Source: a virus
Lineage: Duplodnaviria; Caudoviricetes
DNA: 40,328 nucleotides
Direction: 5' to 3' (one strand)
IMG/VR virus record: IMGVR_UViG_3300012665_000278
Coordinates: 1 to 40,328 of that record
The translations under genes were made by a program, and so were the position numbers. The notes under the pieces are model-generated. The model was not told the DNA's origin. It searched no databases and worked only from the letters and a program-made list of their open reading frames with translations. Positions 18,901-27,900 of this stretch are shown one piece after another. Within the stretch, counting starts at the first letter, position 1; every line of letters starts with the position of its first letter.

Positions 18901-21900
18901 TCCAGTGTCAGTAATATCTGTAAAAATCAAATTACCGTCAATAGCTCCATCGTTGGCAACACTTAATTGAATAATGTTTCCAAAGATATCAGTAACTGTT
19001 ACAGTGCCTGAACCTAAACCTACTTGGCCGGTAACTCTCATGCCTACGTAGATGCCACGATTGTCAGCAACTGTTACTGTAATATCGCCATTGTTACCAG
19101 TAGCGGCTACTGTAACCGGAATATTAGTCACAGTAATGATGTTACTTCCTGCTACATTGTTAGGAGAAACTAATACTCGTGTTTGTTTAGACGCATGTAC
19201 CTGAGGAGGAAATATATTATAAATGCTAAAATTATAACCAGTTGTTATGCCGTCTGATACATATGAAATTGTATCTAACTTAGAATGGTAAACGTTAATT
19301 TTTTCATCAAGAGCAGGAACGTATGGAAGTGTAAACACTGAGGTTCCGGCGTCTACTGATACAATGTAGTCGTCAAATGTGCCGTCAAAGCTGTCCCACT
19401 TGTCTGAATAATAAGGCAGTGATCCCCAACCGCCGCTAACATCAAATCCAAGACCACTAACAATAACACCACCGTAGTCAATACCAGTCATTAACTGTGC
19501 TAAGTCTTTACCTAGTTCGCCAGTTGTTGGATTGTAGTAGTATTGAATTCGATCAGCGGCATTTAGCATCGACCAATCTTTAATATAGTTAACTGTGATT
19601 GTTGCCCCTGATGGCGGAGCTTCATCAAATTTGATTGAACCAGAATAGCTAGTATACCCGCGAGCAGTTGACTTAACAATTGATAGAGTATAGTTTACTC
19701 CAATAGTGTCTACGCCGTTTATCGACACTGTTGATTTACCCACTTGGGAATTAGGCGCCCATGTTAATGGGAACTGTAATCGACTACCTGTGCCAACTAA
19801 TGTTTCTGTTTCTTGTAAGTTAGTAATATAGTAGGCTTGTGTTATTCTATCAAACTTCATTTTAACAAGACTTGATCTTACAACACTCTTACCAATAGTG
19901 GCAATAACTCTAGCAGGTTCACCAATCGGTGAAAGGCCACCATCAATTATAATTTCTGGAGCACTTAAATATCCTTGGCCAGACTTAGACAACACTATAC
20001 GATTAACTTTACCGTTAGCAATGAACGCTCTAGCAGTTGCTCCAGATCCAGAATTGCTTATAATTCTTACTGCCGGTTCAGTAATATATCCTGATCCGCC
20101 GTCTACGATATTCATTTCTGTAACAACAAAGCCAACATTATCTAACCAGTGTTTCCACGGATATGAAATAATAGCATTGCTGTTGGCTGTTATCTCACCA
20201 TCAATTACATTAGTAACAATGTTTGATAATTGGCCGTTTTCAAATACTGGTGGTACATCAAAGTCGGTAACTGATAACTCAGCGGTATCAATTTTTGTAT
20301 ATCCGCTAATGTATTCTCTAATTTTTGTTCTGTAGGGTTTTACTTCAGAAACATAATCTTCAAAATCTGAAAGGTTATCATTTCTATAAGTTACATGCTG
20401 TTGTAAATCTCCAACATTGTGTTGAACCTTGACAAAACTTGTCTTAAAGATCCAATCAATATAATTTTGTTCGCTTAACGCATAACGCACAGTAACAAAG
20501 AATAAATTTAAAAACTCTGATTTAAGATCGTCAATTAAAATATTATTTTTTAACGCTAACAGAATATTTCGCAACTCTTTAGATGCTACGTTATCGAATA
20601 TTGCTACATCGTATAATGTACCATCGTAACCGTACTGAGTATCAGCAAACTGATATAACGAAGATTTAAACTGTACTGTTCCGTTCTGCATACCGATAAC
20701 ACGGTAGCTCTGCGTCCAATCAACTGAATTAGACTCAGCGTACTTTTCTAATAACATCCAGCCGCTGTTGTTACTTGTTAATACTTTAACTGTATCGCCT
20801 GTTTCAGCAGTAATAGTATTAAGATCTGAAAGAGTGTTTATCGAGTAGTCAGTAGCAGTAAACTGATTATATCCAGTAGCATACCAATCTACATAAGACC
20901 AATATCTTCTTGTGTCGTATGTTTGAGTCTGAATACGTGACCAAACTTGTGTTTGCGGCTCGTAGCCGTAAGTACTCCAGTTACCGCCGGCTTGACTATC
21001 ACTCTTAACTAGAACTGTATAGTTTCTAATAGTTAAGAATGTATTAGTTGCGTCATATCCAGAGCCTTGAGAAATAATTTCTGCTCCAGAAATTCTGCCG
21101 TTGGCTCCTAATACAGCTCTAATCTTTGCGCCAGAGCCCTGGCCGGTGACTGTAATATACGGGGCTATTAAATATCCGCTACCTTTATTGATAATTGTTA
21201 CGTCAACAATTTTACCGTCAACGATAACTGGAATAGCCGACGGGCTAGTGAATGTTCCAATGCCGGCAAATCTTAATTCATCATCAGTGTCTAACACAGT
21301 ATCGTATAGTCCTGAAATTATAGATGGTGCTGGATCAAAAGATAACAGCGAAGTAATGTCTCTAGACTCTGTTATCTGTTTGTTGATTAATACACTATTA
21401 ACATTTTCAAATAATTGTTTTAGTGCTTCAAATCTATTAACAAACATACCTTGTCTTGGTCTATTTTCAACACCGTATCGAATCTTAATAGGCAGTGTTG
21501 TATCAGGCACAACTCGATCATATATGTCTTTGCCGCATAAACTATCAAACCACTTGTCTTCAATCTTGGCAGGGATTGCTGTATCTGGATTATTACTAAT
21601 TAATTTCCATTGTGTGTGGATATTTTTATCTATCTTATCAACGGTCCAATATTCAATTGACAACACTACGTTAGCATCTGCTAGATCAGGTTTGATGTTT
21701 ACTAAACTAAAACTGTTAGCACTAGTTAAGGCAATATATTTGTATCCGGCGCCTCGAGGATTGCTAATTAGATTAGCAACGTCTTGACTAGATACTTGTC
21801 TGTTAGGTACGTTAGGAACTGTCTTTTTATTCTTAACCCAATAGTAATAAGTGTTCTTTAATGTTTTAGAAACGTTGTCGTATTTCTGTACACGACTATA

Positions 21901-24900
21901 CACATCGTCACCGTATAAAGTTTGTCCGCTAATATCGTTTGCTAGGCCGTCTTCGGTGTCTGCTTGAGAATTCCAATCTGAAGGTATATATTTTGATTCA
22001 ACCCATTCATAAACGTCAATACTTGCTCCAGGGAATAGTGTATTCCAGGTGCTGTTTCTATAAACAATATCGTTATCGTAGCTGTCATAGAACTTAGCAG
22101 TTCTTAGATCCCACCATAACATACCAACTTGAGATGTTGTCCAGGCCATGCCGTCATCAACATTAACCTCACTGTTACCTACTGAATAAGTTGCTGGGTC
22201 ATAAAATGTTTTATACTTAATTTCTTGATCTGCTGAACCTGGAATTTTTCCTTGGTTTGAATCTATCACATCAAGATATGTGATTAGTTTGTTAGTAGTT
22301 TTATTGTATAAGAATGCCTGTTTAATTTTATTAACATCAGGTTTATCAATTTCACTATGGATTACACTCCAGCTATAAGTATTTGGCGCCTTGCCGTACT
22401 GGAATACTCGACCTGTTTTAATTCCGTTAACTTCAGCGTATGGTGCGCTAACAACAATATAGTTTGCGCCAACAGCAAAACCTTCGCCGTAGCCCGCATC
22501 ATCAACGTTTTCATTTTTTAGGCTTTCGCTGAATATCCACTTTGTACCGTATTGGTCATAAACATCAACTCGGCCACCGTTGACTGCTGTAGTAACAAAT
22601 CTAGTAATGTTATTATCAAACGTTGTTGGTGTTGCGCTAGTACCAGATGCTGGATTACCAACATATTTTGAAGTACGTTGGGCGCCTGTACTTGTTGTAA
22701 AGGTAAATGAATCGTATGTGTCTAAATATTTGTCAGAAGTTATTGTAGAATAGCTGTCAGCGTTCTTACTATACACAACTAATGTTTTAGCATTATTCAT
22801 AAATGCTACTTTAGACCCAAAGAATTGTGCTGTCTCTGGATTAGGATTTACTAACTGCTGATATAGCTCATAACTTGATACGGGCTCATTATCAACTATG
22901 GTAGTAGTATATTTGTATATTGTTACAGAACCTTGATCTGTTTTTTCTAAGTCGGCATATATTGACGAAACAGCAATATATAATCCGTCATCTGACACTG
23001 AATTATTAAGACCGTACTCTGGCTCTAAAGATGATCCTACTAGAGCATCAATGTTAACATACTCGTTGTTAATTTCTTTATACAAATATAAAGAATTTAC
23101 TGATTCACTTGGAGCTGAAATTAATAAAGTAGAATTATCTTTACTAATTGAAATTGAAGTACCGAAGTTTCCAGGAAGTTCTTCTGGTGATACTAAAATA
23201 TTTCCGTACCCCCAACCAGTAGAAGTGAAATTAATAATGCCTACTGGTAGATCATCAGGTTGAAGGTTTAATCGAATAGTAGTTGAATCAATAACTGAAA
23301 TAACAACTTGGCCGCTGTTAAAGCCTGCGCCAACAATAGCCATGCCTGGTTCAATACCTACCGAACTAGTAACTTTTACTATAGGACCAGAACTGCCTGC
23401 TGGATTATATGAAGTAGTTACTCGTGTTCTAGTTTTATAATTTAATTCATAAACTACACCTTGTTCATTATTTGCGCCAGTGGCACCAATAAACAATGTG
23501 TTTTCACCAAACGCCAGGCTTGCGCCAAACAACTCTCCATCGGTTGGTAAAGGACTAATAATAGTGTCAACAAGTTCAAATATGTTATTTGAATCTTTTC
23601 TATAAATTGACACAACACCTTGTTGTATTTTAGTAGAGTTAGTACCACCAATCTGGAACGGCTCAGCTACTACATATTCTAATTCTTTCCAATATGCCAA
23701 GTTTAATCTTGTTTCAGCCTGATCTAAGAACAACGGATGATCTGCTGGGCTGTGTGTTACTTTAGATCTAAAAAATCTACCTTGATAGCTTACAATAACT
23801 CCAACAGTATAATCGTTGTCTTGCTCATTCCATGTTATATCGTTGTAGGCTGTAGATACTCTGTTAGCTAAAGGAGTGCCAGTTGCTAGCCATTCAGCAT
23901 CTGCTGATAATGCTAGTACACCGCCAGTTAAATAATCAGGAGTTGCGTTACTGCCTGCGATAGTATTTGATATAAACGGTGCTGTAATTGTTTGACGTTG
24001 AATCCACGGTGATGCTAAACTTGCCTTGTCGTATACCGCAAGCTCGCCTAGGTTGTTTGAAACAATCGCAATCACACCTTCGTTATTAATAATAACTTTT
24101 CTACCGTATGCTAACCCGTTAGCATTAACAGTATTAGCTATTTCTTCGTTATTATAAACTGGAGAAAATTTCCAAGTAGACCATTTGCCTTGGCCGGCAT
24201 CGTCAACCCATAGTAGTTCATTTTCTTTTAAAACTTTAGGTAATAATTCGTCAGCTCGATCAATAGCAAGGGATACTAATTCACCGGTAGCTTCGTTATA
24301 CACATTTTTTGCTCGTTGAGTAGTAAACACAAATACTACCATTGGATCTTGTTCAACAAACGGATCTGGGAAGTCTACAATGTCAGCATCAACAACTAGT
24401 TTGTTTAAAGTTATTGATTTTATTTTATAAAATCCTGAAAATTTACTAACTTGGGTAATTCCAATTATATTTCCAACTACTAAACTAGTTAATTTGTCTG
24501 TGGTTATAGTTAATTCTTTAACAGTATCATCGTATGAAACATCATTGATACCAATATTAGCATCTGTGTATCTATAAACATTCCACTCACGGCCTTCAAA
24601 ACCTACCCATACATAGTCACCGTTGGCAAACTGAGAAATATCCTGTGTAAGAATATCATCAAACGTAGATAATGTTAACGCAACTTCATCAGGTCTTACA
24701 TATCCTGGTGTTCGTAAATATGGTGCTGATGTTAATGCTAGTGGCCACGGGGCGTTATTATAACCTAACGGTTTTAAATAAATGTCGTTAGGCGTTTGTC
24801 TAGCAATAAAATCAATTTTGTTAGGATCAATACTGTTAACTAATTCAAACCCTTGAGGGTTATTTTTAAATACTGCTTCATCTAATACAAATTCAATATT

Positions 24901-27900
24901 TTCAAAGGCAGAGCTAGCACCGTATTGACCAACACGTAATGCCCACTCTTCGTAAAATTTTAAACTTTCTTGGTTGTCAGCACTTAATACATCAAATAGT
25001 TTATTGAAAACGTTTTGTGTACCTTTTTCAATAATCATGCCTTGATAAAATTTAAATTCACTAACGCCATCTTGAATAATATTACTCAAGTACTGACGCT
25101 TTTGATAACCAATTAGGTGTTGAGCCATTGCTTGTTGTGACGGGTCAAAATTATCACTGTCAAGGCTGTAAAAATCAGTAAACTGGCTTGCTTTATAACT
25201 CCAGTTAGGTAACAACTGAGCAGTAGGTGCTCCTTCGAGTCTAATCCAATTAGTTGGCTCAAACGATTCTGAACCGACTAAAAAGGATGAGGCACTATAA
25301 AAGAATTCTTTATACTTTACTATGTCACCTAGGGCATAGTCTTTCCAAGATTCCCATTCGGCGATTACTGCTTGATCAAAAATAAAGCCAGGCACGTTAA
25401 ATCCGCCGTACCAGTTAGTACTTACATACCCTGCTACTTTAATGCGTTCTTGTCTGTATCCACTAGCAGGGCTGTATATAGTATCATTAAACATTGTAGT
25501 ATTATTAAGCAACAATACTTGTTCTTTTTGTACTAGATAAAATGATCCGCCATATATACCATCGTCGCCTGCTGGTTCGTAACTGGCTGCGTTGTCATCT
25601 CTATATGAATTTAAAAAGTCCGGTTCAATCGGAGTGCCGTCAACTTTAAATATTTCATAGCCGTTAAACGAGTTTGTGACATCATCTACTACACATAAAT
25701 TTGTAGCAAATGATAATCTAGAGGCTGCTGGACTTAAACTAATTACACTACTGCCAACTGTACTCAAACCGTCTAGTTTAACAAAATCATCTTCTGTAAA
25801 AATAGCACTTGGCTCAGAGTTACGAATAACACGATAATAATCGCCGTTGTACTGTACAATCTCTCCAAATGAGTAAGCATTAAAAGCTACCCAGTCGGTC
25901 CATTTGTCTTCTCCTGAAGACCAGTTTTGTGTAGTCCAGAACAAGAATTCTTTAGCACTAGTTTCCCAGTTAGTAACTGCGTTTAATGCTGGATTATATT
26001 CATCAAAAATAAATCCTTGGTCTTTTAAATATTCCCCGTAGCCTAGTAAAAAGTCAACAACTTCTTGGCTTGTTCTAAATTTTGTACCGTAAGGAACTGT
26101 AACAGGATCTACACGATCCCATGCTCGTCGCAATGTTGCTTCTCGGCCGCCAATGACCGGTAACGATGCTAACGGTTCATAAAACTTTTGATCAAATGTG
26201 GTGCTGGCGGTATGGATTACTCGTACTCTATAATACTTGCCGCTGTATAACACAATTTTTCCAGCGGCATATCTAGATCCCGTTGTCCAAGAAATATAAC
26301 TTTCACTAATCCCGCCAACATTAATAGTAACGCCGGACTGTATCCACGGATAAGATTTAAAGTAAGGTTGTGATTTACTATAACCTTTTATTTCAAAACC
26401 GTCTGATAATTTTGTAACAATTACTGCGCTGTATGTTATCTTTCTCACAGGACTTGAACTGTTTAAAATAATGTTATAATCTTCCGGTGGAACAAATACG
26501 TTGCCTTGACTTAACGGAGTCTTACTATCTAATAGTAAATTAAATTTTTCTTTACTTGTAAACGCACCAATACGATAGCTTAATTTTGCGTCTAATTGTT
26601 GTAAATCATAAATGTAAGAATTATAAGATCTTAAATTATCACTTAAAATATAATCAACAATATAGTTAATAATGCCGCTTGTGTAAACATTATTTGTACT
26701 AGAATATATGCTAGGAAGTTTTATACTGCTAGGTGTTACACGAAGTCCAGTATCACTGTATATTAACTGGCCTGCCACGTTTCTTACAATACGAGATCTG
26801 TCTAGTAGTGTGCCGAATGATTTAGCTGGCTGTAATAACATTGCCGCTAGCAATACGCTAAACGGATAATGAGAGCTTCGGCGCCATGACGCTTCAATTG
26901 GGCTTACATCTCCGAATACAAAGTCGCCGGCGGTAGAAGCAGTAGTAATACCTTCAGATAGTCCTGATGCTAACGGGCTGATAATATTCCCCTGTTCATC
27001 TACAGGAATCTTATCTATTAAAAATGGTCGAGCAAGTGATGCTTTTCTAATTGGCGGCACGCCCGGCTGTCTAATTACACCGTCAGACAAGTCTTGCCAC
27101 ATGACAAGGTTGTCACTAGTATACGGGGCAGGGCCGTAGACGTCAACCCACCAGCTAGGCTCTTCACTAAAATCTAACATTTCCCAAGGACAGATATTAG
27201 GACGATCAGTATCTAGTAACCAGCGGTATACACCTCTCCAGTATCCCGGAGTTTCTCTGCCATCAGGAGCATAGTGTCCTCTGTAGTTAAATGTTAAACT
27301 GTTATTTCTATCATAACTAAGTGGCTTTGTAAAGTCTTTATCAATATAAGAAGTCCACTTATAAAAACTTGGAGCCAGCACCTGATTAAACTCAGATAAT
27401 GAATACGGTGTTTCTCTGTTGTATCCTGGAACAATATTTCGAATATCAAAAATAGTTGGATCGTAAGTAACTTTAATGTTGTTATAGATACGTCGTTCAA
27501 TTTCTAAAATTAAATCATCTCGATAGTCACCATAGGCAAGTACCTGACTGCCATCGTGGCCTTGTAGCATCTCTCTTGGAGTAACTAAACTTGTATCAAG
27601 ATATTTTTTAGGTTCGTATTTTGGCCAAATGCCTAATTTAGTAGGAGTAGATGGTACAAATGATCCGTTAGTATTGTCGTATTCGTAAATTGTAATTAAA
27701 TCGTCAACTGCTAACGGTGCTGTAATAACAACAAATCCTTGGTCACTAAAGGTATAATCTTTTCCGTGCAACAACTGTGTTACTTTGTTAGTAGTAACAT
27801 CTGTGTAGTAAATGATAACAGCTTTTGTTGATAGTGATGTTAAATTAAAAACAGATGTTAATGGATATGTTTGAACTCGACTGTCAACAATATTGATTTC

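Noticed and set aside
21101-21787. 228-aa plus-strand ORF (also 19898..20335)
   Set aside because: Antisense shadow of the giant wedge gene with no independent support.
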